A stretch of 64,000 bases of DNA, the filler included, from Sphacelaria rigidula (lineage: Eukaryota), in the NCBI GenBank assembly GCA_964200075.2. It is 4 parts of 4 records of this genome, joined end to end, with 100 filler letters (N's around TTAATTAATTAA, not from the genome) between each part and the next. Parts side by side here need not be neighbours in the genome. Positions count along the whole stretch, not along the records: positions 1 to 15,982 come from CAXNAA020001534.1; positions 16,083 to 32,052 come from CAXNAA020001535.1; 2 more parts are not named here. One strand, 5' to 3'. This document shows, piece by piece, positions 13,882 to 26,800 of this stretch (the stretch's first letter is position 1; every line of letters starts with the position of its first letter). The notes below the pieces were generated by a model. It had not been told where the DNA came from. It searched no databases and was given only the letters and a program-made list of their open reading frames with translations. The translations under genes were made by a program, and so were the position numbers.

Positions 13882-15683
13882 GGTACGTGTTGTTCGTGCT
13901 GTAGTATCAAAGAGACTCCCGTGTTTTGAAGCGGACTGAGCAGGGGTGAGAAATGGCTTTGCCTGGCAGATCTCCACTTCTGTTCTGATATGGGGTACGG
14001 GTAGTACGAAACTTATCGTAGATAGTAGGACAAAAAATAGAGGGGGATTGGGGTATATATTTTATATCTGCGGAAACTCAGAACATATTTGCTTGCCTCA
14101 CGTGATAGAGTGAGTCGATTGTTTGGCGGAAGCATGGCTATGTCTGCGGTGGCAGATGGACGGGTGTTGAGGTAAGGTAGCGTAAGGTAGAAACGTTTTT
14201 GATCATTGTGTATGTCGGGTTGCATCGGTGCTTGGTACTATGGAACACTTTCAGATGGTGGATCAATAAAAAGTTGAAAATCATCATGTGTTTCCCACAC
14301 GCGACCCGTCTCTTGCTGGTCGCTGAATGATACACATCAGAAGTAGCCCTAGATGGGGCACGGTAGGATGTGGTCGATCGGGTTGGTTCCAGTTGCTACA
14401 ACAGTGTCGTACACTGGGCGACACTTGGCACCAGCATATGAGGACTTGCAGGCAGTAGAATGGTCTCCATAAGGCTCTTACATGAGGCAACATGAAGGGA
14501 AGCGTTTACTCCTTTCAGTGATGTTCGGTTCGTATCAACCTCATTTGGTGGTTGCACTAGCGGAGTCTTTTAGTACATTTCACACCGGTACTTATACTTC
14601 CTCATCATGGTTGATTGTCTTCTCTATACCGCGAAGTACAAGTTCAGTGAAGCCAGCAGCAGTGCTGACAAGGTCGTGGAGTAAAACTTCAGAGCAAAGA
14701 ACTCGTCTCTCATATGAACCGCTGCTGCCTGTAGCTCCTGCGAAGCGTATGGTGATGAATGACAGACATTATAACAGTTGTGTATTGTGTATCAAGCTCA
14801 TAGAAGTCTCCAATCATCGGGTGAGGAATTTCAGTATCATCATGGTCAACCGTGCAAAGGGGCTTGGAGGACAAACGGAGGTGCGAACTTTTTCACGACC
14901 TGACCCCATCCCCCCATCCAGGACAATGCGCTCGCTGGATTGATCTGCCGATCGCCGACGTACATGCATGGTATCGATTTGCCTCTCTCACCACTACTTC
15001 ATCATCGGTACAAACCTTACAGCGGACAGTCAGTATTGAAACGTCCGGCCCCGATGCGTTCTAACTAGTACTGAGGTGTCACCGGATTTACCAGCCATGA
15101 ACATAGTAAGGCCAATCGTTACGGGTTTGAGGGGGAAATCCTGTTGAAGACTGCCTTTTGGGCCTTTCGCCGTCATTTTAAGTCCGAAAAGAGGGCTAGG
15201 TGGATGCGGACACCTTAGAATAACTTGTTCTGCTCGTTGAGACTTTTCTAGGGCAACTTGACGCTTCCCGCTGATCGAAGTTTTATTCTCAAGCCAAACT
15301 TGCATTTTCGATGACAAACGGTCGAATGACCAACTCATTTCAAGATGTCCAGATCCGCCTGGCCCTCTTTTCGGGCGTGAAACGACGGAAAAGGGCCAAA
15401 AAAAGCAGTTTCCAACAGGATTGTTTTCCAAACCCATAAGAGTTGTCCCAAGGGCTGGCATTTTGGCATATTTTTCAGATGCCGCATGCCGCCGTTGTCT
15501 ATTAGCGTGGTTCAGGTTCCGTTCCTTTTTCATTCCTCTGTCGCTGGTCGGTACAGTGGCCGCTGAAGCGATGGGTCTTCATTCGAAATATTTTCACCAC
15601 TGATAATCCCGGCGAACAAGCTGAGGATGAACAATGTTATTTGTAATTCGTGTGTTTTAGACCAACTCTTAGGCCGTGTCGTA

Positions 15684-15870
15684 GGCCCTGTCTTAGCACA
15701 TGAGTTTTCGATCGAAATTGTGCGGTGGGAAGCAAAAATCCCGATCTGATAGGTCGTGATTTCAACCATCGTCGTAAATTTTGAAGATGGTTGAAATCAC
15801 GACCTATCAGATCAGGATTTTTGCTTCCCACCGCATTTTTTCGATCAAAACTCATGTGCTTAGACAGGCC
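15684..15870. repeat. Near-perfect ~87-bp-arm inverted repeat (foldback/MITE core)
   Basis: Arm ...GCGGTGGGAAGCAAAAATCCCGATCTGATAGGTCGTGATTTCAACCATC mirrored by GATGGTTGAAATCACGACCTATCAGATCAGGATTTTTGCTTCCCACCGC... across a 15-nt spacer. Confidence 0.85.
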
Positions 15871-15982
15871 CTTAGGCCGATTCTTGTAGACTGAAAAAAG
15901 TCTCTGAGAAAAGTCGTTTTGGTCAGTCTCCAAAGACTCTTTTCAGAACGCGATCTAACAGGGCCATTTTTAATCAAAAAAG

Positions 15983-16082
15983 NNNNNNNNNNNNNNNNNN
16001 NNNNNNNNNNNNNNNNNNNNNNNNNNTTAATTAATTAANNNNNNNNNNNNNNNNNNNNNNNNNNNNNNNNNNNNNNNNNNNN
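15983..16082. other. Artificial contig spacer (N44-TTAATTAATTAA-N44)
   Basis: Identical 100-nt spacer occurs three times; TTAATTAATTAA gives stops in all six frames. Confidence 0.97.
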
Positions 16083-16549
16083 GTCGATAAGACTCGGGGC
16101 TGGTCGTTATGGAGCCAATCCCCTGTCAAAAGGGGATTGTGAAAAAGGGGATTATCCCCTTCGTTAAGACAGTCCCTAAGGGATCTTTTGGCCTGATTCC
16201 GAGCGCTCACAAAATACAATAATAATACATATTTTTCATTCCCAGAAAACAAGTTCGTTCCTATTTTTCGGGTTCCCCCGCATGTCCTTGGCTTGCTCCT
16301 GCATCCGGCACCGCTTTCGATACGGGGCCATGGACGATAATATCGTTCTGTCATTGTCGTTGTGTATTTTTCCACGACGTCCGAACGAAACATAGTCCGA
16401 GAAGTGAACGGTATATCTGCATCAATGCCGCTGGCTCCCTCTTGTTGGTTGTCGCGTTGTTGTTCCAGATGGCTCGTTTTGATCGGCGCCGTGCAGACAA
16501 CACCCACACGGTGCCCATTGGCTGGCCAGGGCTGGCGCATCTTGCGGTA

Positions 16550-17370
16550 CAGATATAGTCGATACCGCGATAGAAAGTTATTGAGGTACGACAGCAGAAA
16601 CAACCAAGCACTCAACACACGGGGTATGAGAGAGCTAACGTCATCATTCATCTATGTTGCGCGAACGACCCCGTCTGTGGTGGAGCGACGCTGTACGGCT
16701 CGGTACTCCCTGTGAAGATATGATCGATGCTGGGCTTGATGCTGGGCGTGCACACAGGTGTTTCTTGAGCTCCATCACTGCTACTGTCCTCGGCTGTAGC
16801 ATGCTAACGGAAGGGAAAAAAAGCCCTGACCAGGCCCGAACAACAAATGCCCGAACATTGCAATCTTGTTGAGCTCTCTGCGGTAGATGGGGTTTCAGTA
16901 GCGCATGTGCATCCACCCAAACTGCGGGAAAAAAATTGACCAAGAATCATGGAAAACGACAAAAGCACTGCTGGATTCAGTTTAATTATTATATACCTTG
17001 CATATAACGGTGTCATTCCCTGCAACATTGATGTAACAACTCAGATAGTGCCTCAGCAAGTGTCTCGAATCAATTGCGCCAACACCTCAGGAAGCGTGGT
17101 CAATGTTCCCTCTAATTCAACGCTTATGATTGCCCTTGCACTCTGGGACATATGAAGGCGCTAGCTTGTCAAGTCGACAGAAAAAACGAGAAGGCATCAC
17201 CCGGTGTGGGATATCTTTTTGATCGAAACACAGCACCAACGGCATATACACCGCACGGTTGTTCACGGATCTACCATGGACGATGAACTGGCGGCTGCCA
17301 TCGCCACTACGCAACAAGAGGTGAGCGGTAGGGCATGAATGTAGCCTTGATGACAGCTGGGCAGCAGTCG
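16550..17370 (-). pseudogene. Heavily decayed Ty3/Gypsy-type reverse transcriptase relic
   Basis: Motif-like fragments in the expected order across frameshifts and stops: VIKATFMPYRSPLVA, GDGSRQFIVHGRSVN, VFSVDLTS*, MLQGMT, IISSQGV, FLLSYLNNFLSRY (compare SPWASPVVLV, KDGSLRFCVDYRxLN, FSTLDL, MPQGL, HIISAEG, FLGLANYYRRF). No intact YxDD recognised. Confidence 0.5.
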
Positions 17371-20300
17371 TGTGAATCATTGATTAAGCTCGGGAGAACA
17401 CGGGAATATGGAGCGACCCATACATATTCCACGTTTTCAGTTCTCAGGACGGCGCCGTGCAGCCCCGGGTACCACACATGAATCCAGAGAACGCCCATCT
17501 GCGTGGCAAAGATTGGCGCTTGAGTAGTTTAAATCTGGACGGCTGAGCTTCGCGAAGAACAACTCTCAACGTGCTGTTTTCTCCGTATTCCTGTCGAAGT
17601 TGACTATGTTGGGTAGGCGTGCATATGTGATAGCGCTACCTGCCTGACTAACTGCTGTAATGCGGCACTCGTGGCAAACTGATGGCACCAGCGAGCAGCA
17701 AGCAAGGTGTGATACCGGCAAGTGCACTGGTACTTTGGTAAATTGTGGTTGCCCGCGATTATAGACTTCGTTGCACGTGTTCAACGCGCTAGAGTTCTTC
17801 CAACATACTCTCTGCTTTCCCCCATCGTGGGTAGAGTGGATGTTCTTTGCGCTTGAAACAGCGACAAGCAGCACGTTCAATTTTCATACGGTATATAACA
17901 CCCCTCTGCAAAGAAAATGCAAAAGTATATCAACAGCGTCGAGGTATGGACAATATATCTGTATATTCGCACTCGCGTTGGGCGATTACCTTCATTTTTG
18001 AAAAGATCCAGAATCAGCGCGCGATAGGGATACACGCAGAATAACCCATTGTACCGAGAAGCAGAAGGCTGTACTACTACCCGGAAGTTTGCACGCACAC
18101 CCGGTCCGCTATCAGGAAACGTGAATGTGAGGCAATGCTCAACCCCTAGCAATGGCGTTCCTTTTCAATGATATGCAAGCCATTTCATAAAAAATTGAAA
18201 TTCTTTCTCTAGGGGTACATTTTAAACAGTCATGCTTCGCGGCGTGAAATGTGATGACCTTAGAGGGACACACGTCCTTGGAAGAACGGTGTCCACATCA
18301 GCACGGAGAGCTGGCAATACACACGACGTCCAGGGCTAGGGGCCCGTATGACAAAGGATTCATGCCCCTGCGAACAGCTTCGCAGAGGCCCTTGACAGAA
18401 GACACTGTCGTCTCCGATCGGGCTGTACAGCCGCGTCTTGCGCGAGACGGCGTATAAACCCTGACGGCAGCAACCCCACAGATACGACGAAGCCTGAATG
18501 GTGCCTGCTACCTGTAATGCAGCGAGCGTGAACCTATAACCAGGCTAAGCTCAATGACTATGCTGACAAGATCTGCTGCTGCCTCCGCGTCGGTTGTGTC
18601 GTACTCTCTATAATTAACATTATATAGTAGAAACGTTCCGAAATTAGTTTGTTCGTTGTCAATATTTTTCATGGTTTCAAGCCATGCAGCGCACAAAATG
18701 CTTTGGGTCGCCGGCAGTGTTGCATCCATACCTACTGGCGGCATCAACCTATACATGCGTCAAGCTTCGGCATCATCAGACGCCAGATGCGCTGTGTTTG
18801 GACTCTAATCTCCCGAAAAACAGCCTTCATATTATCGATAAGGAACAACAGTGTTGGGGAACGAGCCACCCCTCGGAGCAGTTCCGCTGGCTGACAATCC
18901 AGGAACATCTAGGGGCTTCGAGCAGACGAGAGAGTGGTTGTCGAGGGCGGAGTAGGTGCCTGTCCCTATATCAACCAAACGCTTACAAGCTTGACTATGC
19001 ATGTTCGGAAGTTTCCGAAGGTAAAATCTAAGGCGGGGACGAAACCCCAAGGGTGGGAAGTGACCATTTTGATTATTCTGGTTGGCCAATATGTTTGTTC
19101 CCGCACAGAAAACACCTACCTCACCGTCAACATCCAAGCCGCACTCGACTATTTGGGCACCGACCAGTCCACCATGGAAATATGTAAACAAGCCTTTCTT
19201 TTTTCGCTCTGTTTGTAGTCTTTACGCCCAGCCTGACCCTTCTTGTGCAGCCAAGATAGCTGCACACACTGTAGTCTTGTGTCAGACTGCAGAGAGAGCG
19301 TAATAGTAGACTCTGTCCAGCGGAGAGCAACGTGCACGCTGATTGAAGTATACCGTTGTATTCAGCCGGCGATGGAAAACGTTTGTATGATACGGTACAG
19401 CACCACAGCACCAACGCGGTACAGACGAAAAGTAAGTGCAGTTGAGAAGGTGTGACGTACGTGCAAGATTACAAATGCTTGAGGTGTGCCAGCACCGCCT
19501 CGAAAGCATCAAGACTGCGAAGGCCTAGCAGGAAGATAAAACGTATGTTGTTCAAATACATCGCAGCATAGTGGTTGCCAGCATTCACCAGTTGCAAAGC
19601 ATGAAATCATGTACCCCACGGCAACGGCTCAGCGAAGACATCACAGTTGATTTACCATGGATGGCTTGACTGCGCTGTTTCCTTCAATCTGAAAATACGC
19701 GTGCTGCCTCCAAGTGAACCCATTTATTAAGGCCTATTTTTATTTTTTGCTCCCAGGAAATCTCACGTCCATACCTCCACATTTCTCAACCCTTTTCGGG
19801 CCAAGGCTCACCAGCAACCAAAATTGGCTTTGGTGGGCTGGTCATAATAAGTGTAGACAATGTTGCACATGATCGAAACCGACCACGTACACTCAAAGTA
19901 GTGCGGTCCATGCGTACCTCATATCGGTCACAGACACTGCAACAGAAGTACAGTACAATGGTAGTAGGGCACACGCAGCACCGCGCCGCACCACAAGGCA
20001 CAGCAGGGTATAGTTCTACATAATATGCCCATCTGTATCTAACCCTGTCACCGACAGACGTGACTTCCATTCCAGGGCAGTATCGACGTGTCTTTGCGGG
20101 GTGATCGCTGACAACGAGCGTACAGTGCAGTGTAGTACAGTATATTGCAAATATGTGCCAGCCGAATCCGTGTTCGCACCAGTTTGTGATCAGTAGTTGC
20201 CAGTGGCTTGTGCCCCCGATCGTGCTGCTGTCAGCCGTGGCTGGATGGGGTACGGAGGAGTGGCAGAATCTCCCATTGCTGTGGATTGACGTCGGCTTTC

Positions 20301-20887
20301 CGTTCACCTGATCTCCGAGCTGCTTGTTAGTGTCGGTATGTTGGACGGGTTTGTTTGACTCGTATCAATGAAGGGGGTGGTACACGTGGGTATTTCGATA
20401 CCTTTGCCGTACTCTAGAACCAAAGGATGGAAGGTCGCACAAGAAAATGAAGAATATCCCCACACCATGATCAACTAGCCTTGACCTCGCGAGGACTCAG
20501 GTCGATTAAGCACTATACCCGTGTTATGTTAGCCTCGGTAGCATGAGTTATTCACAGTGTAGGACAGGTCTTGCATCGTTATCGTCTCGGCACGCTTTTC
20601 CTATATGGACGACAAAACAGCTCGTTTTTCGGTAGCTGGCAGCTTGATCGCTACACCCACTGATCGTGTGATTGGTTTAATATCACCAGAAAATAGACAA
20701 ATGACGCCATCCAACACTAGATTCATGCCGCACTAACATGTCCTAGGGCCCAAAGGGGCTATTTGGTGGTCGAGTGTACAGAGGTCTATACGTATTCTCT
20801 CCAACGCCGAAGCTTGTGGAAAACATATGGTGTTCAAGTCGATAATCGTTGACGTTAACGTTTTGTCGTGGATTCGATCGCGGGAAG

Positions 20888-23800
20888 CTTGGCGGGCTGT
20901 TCCAGAAGCCCAAATTGTCGGAGAAACTGCTGTCGAAGGCGCCGTTTCGATATTTGCACGACATCGTCTCCGCGGTCACGGCCGCCACGGGATTCGCGGC
21001 GGGTTTGTACAGGTAAGCTCGCATCAGGTGATGTGACATCTATGATATCACAGCTGCGTAAAATATGCCACCACAGCTTTTACAAGATATAGGGCCGGCT
21101 GTCGTTTTTCAAAATTCGAGCAGGGGAGATAGTACTGAGTTTTATTGGCAATAAAGTTGCTTTGGCAGTAAAGTAAGTGTAACACCCCCACCTGCAATAG
21201 TTTCTGCTTGACTTGGTTAGACATGCTGACGGACCTCGCTACGTTCGTCTCCGAGATTCTGATCTCCCCGTGTTCGTTGCGCACTATCCAATGCACAGTG
21301 CTGAGGAACTTGACTCGGGAAACATCAAGGACAAGACCTCGAAGCTGGCCTATCTCGACAAAATCGTTTTGCTGGTAGGAATTTGCAGCGGAAGGCCCAT
21401 AGAAGTCCGGCCTGCCAAGGTGGTGGCCGGATTGGAACCGGAAGGCACCAACGCCTTGTTGACGGTGAGGAAACAAGGAGGAGGTTTAGATGCAACGTGA
21501 TGGAGAAAATCGGATGCCCATCTTGCGGCCAAGCATCGAGGAGCTTGCCACTGTGAACATACTCTATAAACACGTTCCGCGTGTCGGAAAATTTCAGTGA
21601 GGGAACCTCGCATTGATTCGCGGGTGCGCAGAAATCAAGGGTCTATAGACACAGAATTACCGTGCTTTTCACATTGGCGGTAGTCCAACACCGTATGTAC
21701 TAAGAGTCGACGTGCCGAAATATGGTGTTGGTTGCTTTGAATGCCGCTTTGTACAAGGTTCGTGCCTCAGGCATCCAGAACTTCTGCTAGCATTACCCCA
21801 GCCGGCCCACAAATGGAAAGATACTTGAACCTGTCGTTGTGTGTTGTGCGCGATGCCAGCCGAAGCCATTGTGGTAAGATTGTTTATATCCACACTCGTT
21901 CTTGTCAGTGTTTGACTGTCTGTTGTGTTGCATGCCTACTCTCGTACATACTAGGGGCTAAGCGTGTATTGATGTATAGCGTAGTGTCGACGAATGTGAC
22001 GTGCCGGATCGGTTGAAATACAAGAAATGTGACTTTTGCTGAGATCCAACCAGAACAGTTGACATTCATACACGGATATGAATCGAGCCGTCTCCACTAC
22101 TCAACACCAAGCTATGCTGCGCATCGAAAGGTTTTCAATGCCTACTCTACACTACACCGTATGGACATCGGAAGTAGCTACCATCAAGTTAGTCGCGATA
22201 TGTACTGCCCCTCGCAATGGGTCACACCACCACCCGATATCCTCCTCAAGACTCCCTCCCCGTCCTTCCCCCCACCACCGACAGGCCCTGGGAAGATGCG
22301 CAAAATCTACAACCCTAGATTTTGCGGAAGGAGTGCGTCGAGCTCTAAGCGGAGATACCCCAGGCTCAGCCCCTCCGCCAACCCGGAGCGCTAGCGGTGG
22401 CAGCAGCAACGGCCGACGTGACTCCGGCGCTGCCGGCGCTGCCGGCTCTGCTGAGTCAAAAGCGGAAGCGAAGAGCGGCGGCGACGGTGGCGGCGGTAGT
22501 AGAGAAGGAACTGTGGACTCACGTAGTGGGGAAGGAAAAGAAGACGTGGGGGGACGTGGCGGGGGGGATAGTTCGGGGCGACGTGGGAGTGGCCAAAGCG
22601 ATGGAGGGGGCGAAGGGCGTAGCGGGGCTGATGAGAAGGTGAAGTTGGCGAATGGAGATGTTGTGTGTGTGGGGGGTCGTGCTCTCCGGTCGTGGTGCTT
22701 TGTTCATTGATCATGCGTCCTCGGCGCGGCGCTTGGACGCCGCAGCCGTAGGGGACACGATGAAAAACAATTAGAAACAGATGGATGAATCAATGCTTCT
22801 CGTGTGGCTCTTGAACAACTGATCCTGCGCTAGGCAGAGGGGAGGGGATGTTCTGAGCCAAATGTAGCACGAAAAAGCCACTTTGGAACGTCACTGCAAG
22901 CAGAAATATCCGCAAGAATGATCTTGTTTATCTTTCACAAAAATCAACTACTGGCGACTGAGGTCGTGAAACACACTTGTGACCCCATGTTTCGTACAGC
23001 CAACCCTCCCTTCCCGTTTCACAGCGCCCTTTGTAAAGTTGCGAGGTCAATGGTCGTACGACTATGACACACAGCATTATGAGTACACCCCCCACACCTT
23101 TCGTAGGATAAGACGAACATCATAACTGGAAGGATAGTAGATCGAACATTCTCACGACGTACACAAAACAAAGTACAAACAACTCATAGATCGTGTATAG
23201 TCTGCAGATTACACGCAGTCAGCTTGGCTGACTATATCTACGAAGGATACTTCAGCCAGTCGGATAACGTCTGTGAAATTGTGTGCGCGATATATTTTAT
23301 CGACATTGTTGTCCCATTTGTGGATCAATAGGCATCGGCGAAGCAAGAGATGGAGGAAATGGGCGCAGCAGCGAAAGCGATGGGAGTTCCGCAAAGCAGG
23401 CGTTTGGCGTCCAGGGCAGGGGTGCAGAGGGCCGAAGCCAAAAGGGACAATCCTGCTACGGGTACTTGCTCTTTTGCAGATGCATGTGCCGGAAGAAACC
23501 ACAACGCTAAGCTATTCAGTCATCCGACGATGCCAGTATTTTTTCAGATCATCTACCCACTTCTTATCCATCAGTAATAACCACCGTTGTGGGGTGTCCG
23601 GTTTGGATATCGTCAACCCCGGATCGTGTCGAATATACACCTTCTTTAGGTACTGCATTCGCTATTTTCTTCGCGAAACTTCCAATCCCCGCCCTTCCTC
23701 GGGACGCGCTCGTAGTACCGAGGGGTCAACTCAGCTTTCCCCCTGTACATGCACATGCCTGATTCTTGGGTATGGGGAGCTGGACCCGTGCTCCCGCATC

Positions 23801-26800
23801 ACGTGGACTCTCGTTGGATTATCTTGGCCACTCACGTCCGCACATTTTCAATGATGTAAAGTCAGGCAGTCCTCATCAAAATACGTATTTCCCGGGTTTT
23901 AGACCTTCACCCCTTCCCTAACCGGTTTCGAGGGGTACTTGCACCGTATATTCTTAGGTGCCTGGTGTGCGGTGGCAATGTTATCGTAAATCCCTTAAAA
24001 TTCAAATTTACGTAGATAGCGAGCACGCAAATTCTGTACAATTAATCGAAAATACTTTCAGGTCAAATCTGGAAATTCGGATTCCTGAATTCAGGCGTTT
24101 CAAGAATAGTGCGTGGTGTTTGTGCGAGGTTTTCGTTCGACTGCAATGTTTACATGTGATGGTCTGATGTTACCGCCATAGGCGGACGAGATGTGATCAA
24201 CCAATGACTCCTTCAGCGTGGGCTGACCGCACCCACGTTTCGGAGAATATTTTGAGGGCGTGTCTCTAACCCTGAGCCAGTTGCAATACCCGGGTACATA
24301 CTATTTCCACCAGCAACGTCTCACTGTGTCTCGATCTGACAGGGGGAATGGGTGAAGATCCGAGCGCAAGGGGCGGGCCAGATCTTACCAGTCAAGTGGA
24401 AGCTTGCAACGGAGAGGTGCAAATATCTCAGCAGTAGCTGCCGAAGCATGCCGCTTGTATTGATCTATTCAAAAACGTTTCATAACGAGCATACTATAGT
24501 AGAGTTGATGAAAATGGAAAATACATTTTTTTTTGGCACGGCGAAAGTCGCGGTACATGCTGAACTGTTTTTCGAAAAGGTGGTGGGGTAAAGTCATCCC
24601 CCATCCCCTGGACTTTGCAGCACACGCACACTACCCATGATTGAGCGCCAGTGGGAACTACTTGACTGGTACCAGAGGTCTCCTCCTGCAGCAGTGCAGT
24701 AATGAGCTATCCCAGAAAAATCATACATCATGGGGGAAAGGAAGGCGTTGGAAATACACTACTCTTGACGAGAAGATATGTCATGTTTCTTGAACGCGTA
24801 GTGCTACGAATCTTCACCTACGTTCCGCGACAGATTGAAGTGACGCGTCAGATGCTGGAGCCGATCATCACTCGACCCAGGCTGACGGACAAATTGTTGA
24901 ACATGCCGCCTTTCCGCTTTCTGCACGATATAGTGTCGGAGGTCATCAAGCATGTGAGTCAATCAACCCGTTGTCCCTGCTTTAATATATCATGTTTCGA
25001 ATTTTCCTCAACGGAATGTGATACGCCCTGAGGCAACAGCAAAGTCTGCGGTCAGCTTGACGCCAGAAACGCGTGCAGCGAGTGCCCTACTCCAAGGTAC
25101 GATATATTGTCGGGTTCTTGCAATAGAGCTTGTCGATTTGGTGACACGGCTAGATTCACACATCCTTTTGTTCGTCAGGTCGGTGCTCTTTATTTGAAGT
25201 TGAGTTCCGACGTTCTAGCCGGCAAGTTTTGTGGACACATGCATTTATCTTGTGACGACCGCTACATTCATGTGGTACCAGGTCAATAGAGCAATGAAGC
25301 AATAAATCGAAAACATATATGGTTGATCAGTATGCTGGTCTTGAAGTCGTACCGTTTCACATTTGCTTCGTTTGCTTTATCTTCCTCTTCTCTTTCTTCC
25401 GTCGGTGTTTTCCGTCTTGCTTACCTTGTGGACGATTTCCCTCAGATCACGGTTTGATCTCTCTGGGATCAGCTCGTATGTGGCACTCAACCAGTCAACT
25501 GAGCAACAAATCAATCAACCAATCAACCAACCAATCAAACAAGAAGTCAAATCGTGGATGCTGTTAAGCATTGATAACGCCTCCTCTCCGCCGCCGTTCT
25601 CCGATTGTTCGTGTGTTGCTGGCGGCAATGCACAGACCGGATTTGGGGCTGGACTGTACTCTGCAGAAGAGATGGATTCCGCCTTAGTCAAGGCCAAGCC
25701 TGCAAAGGTGTGAAACGTCTCGTAGCAGCACGCCTTAAGCATCGTGTTCACAACCAGTGCGCGGTCGCTAATGGCCATTTCTTCGTTTATACGTTCGACA
25801 GCCATTCATGGGTTGTGCACAGTATCACTGGTCGCAGCGGTAGGTCCTGGTAAGATAGTGCAACGTACTGCTACCGTGGCAGCGCCATGACAGCCTAATT
25901 CTTGCCGGGTATCATCATGAGAGCATCATATGAGTAGCGCGATGCCCCCTTGAAGGTAACGCGATACTGACACGGCAGTACTATGAAGATATGGTGCCAC
26001 AGCAGTTCGAGCTCGAGGAGAGTAGAGTGTCGTGGAATATTCATCATCTTGTTATGTCACTTTCACCGGGTGCATTTTCAATAGCATTGTCATACCAATA
26101 CACTGTACAGCCACAAGCCCGTGACGCAAGGTGTGCGGGTAGATAGCACACGGCTTCCGCGCTACTATCATGATATCGTCAGAAAGGTACTGTAGCATGT
26201 CAGTGTATGGCAGGGTCATGTTCACAGGTCACAAGCAAGCATGGGAGAAGTGGACGGTATTGATCCCACGGTGGTTTAGGTCGTTTGGAAAGCTTCACGA
26301 AAAACACGCAAAGTTCGTTCCTCTGCTTTGCATTCGCATGCTTGAGGAATCCGGGCAAGATTTGACGGGATTTCGGTCGTTAGGAAATGAACCTCCCTGG
26401 CCACACCGTGCCATAATAATTCCACGAATGATCGAGAACTTTACGTGCGATGACAGTCACCTCTCTCGGATCTTCCATTGTAGGATATCAGGTGCTATGG
26501 GGACGATGGACATTCCATCGCGATTCTTCCGTGCCCTCACGGTGTCATCCTCAGACACCATGACAGTGCTGTAGTGGTGTCGTTGATGACATACCGCTGC
26601 CGCCGATGTTACTAGCCCTTCCGGCTTCGTGGTTGTTGTGTTAGTTGCTCAGCTTGATCCGGCATAGCCAGGGCGAAGCCTGCAAAGTTGCGAAGTGAAC
26701 AGGGCATGACAAAGTGGACTACGTGTTGTGCGTGTAATAAATGTGGAAGTTATTTCTCATTGATAATTATGTTCTCAACCCATTGTTTTGGGTGGTAACC

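Noticed and set aside
16027-16038. TTAATTAATTAA motif repeated every ~16 kb
   Set aside because: Synthetic six-frame-stop linker embedded in N runs.
19372-20500. Candidate first exons for IFT54 (ATG 19372 to a GTAAGT donor; ..ACTCAG|GT at 20500)
   Set aside because: Neither gives a recognisable IFT54 N-terminus, so the start is left unassigned.
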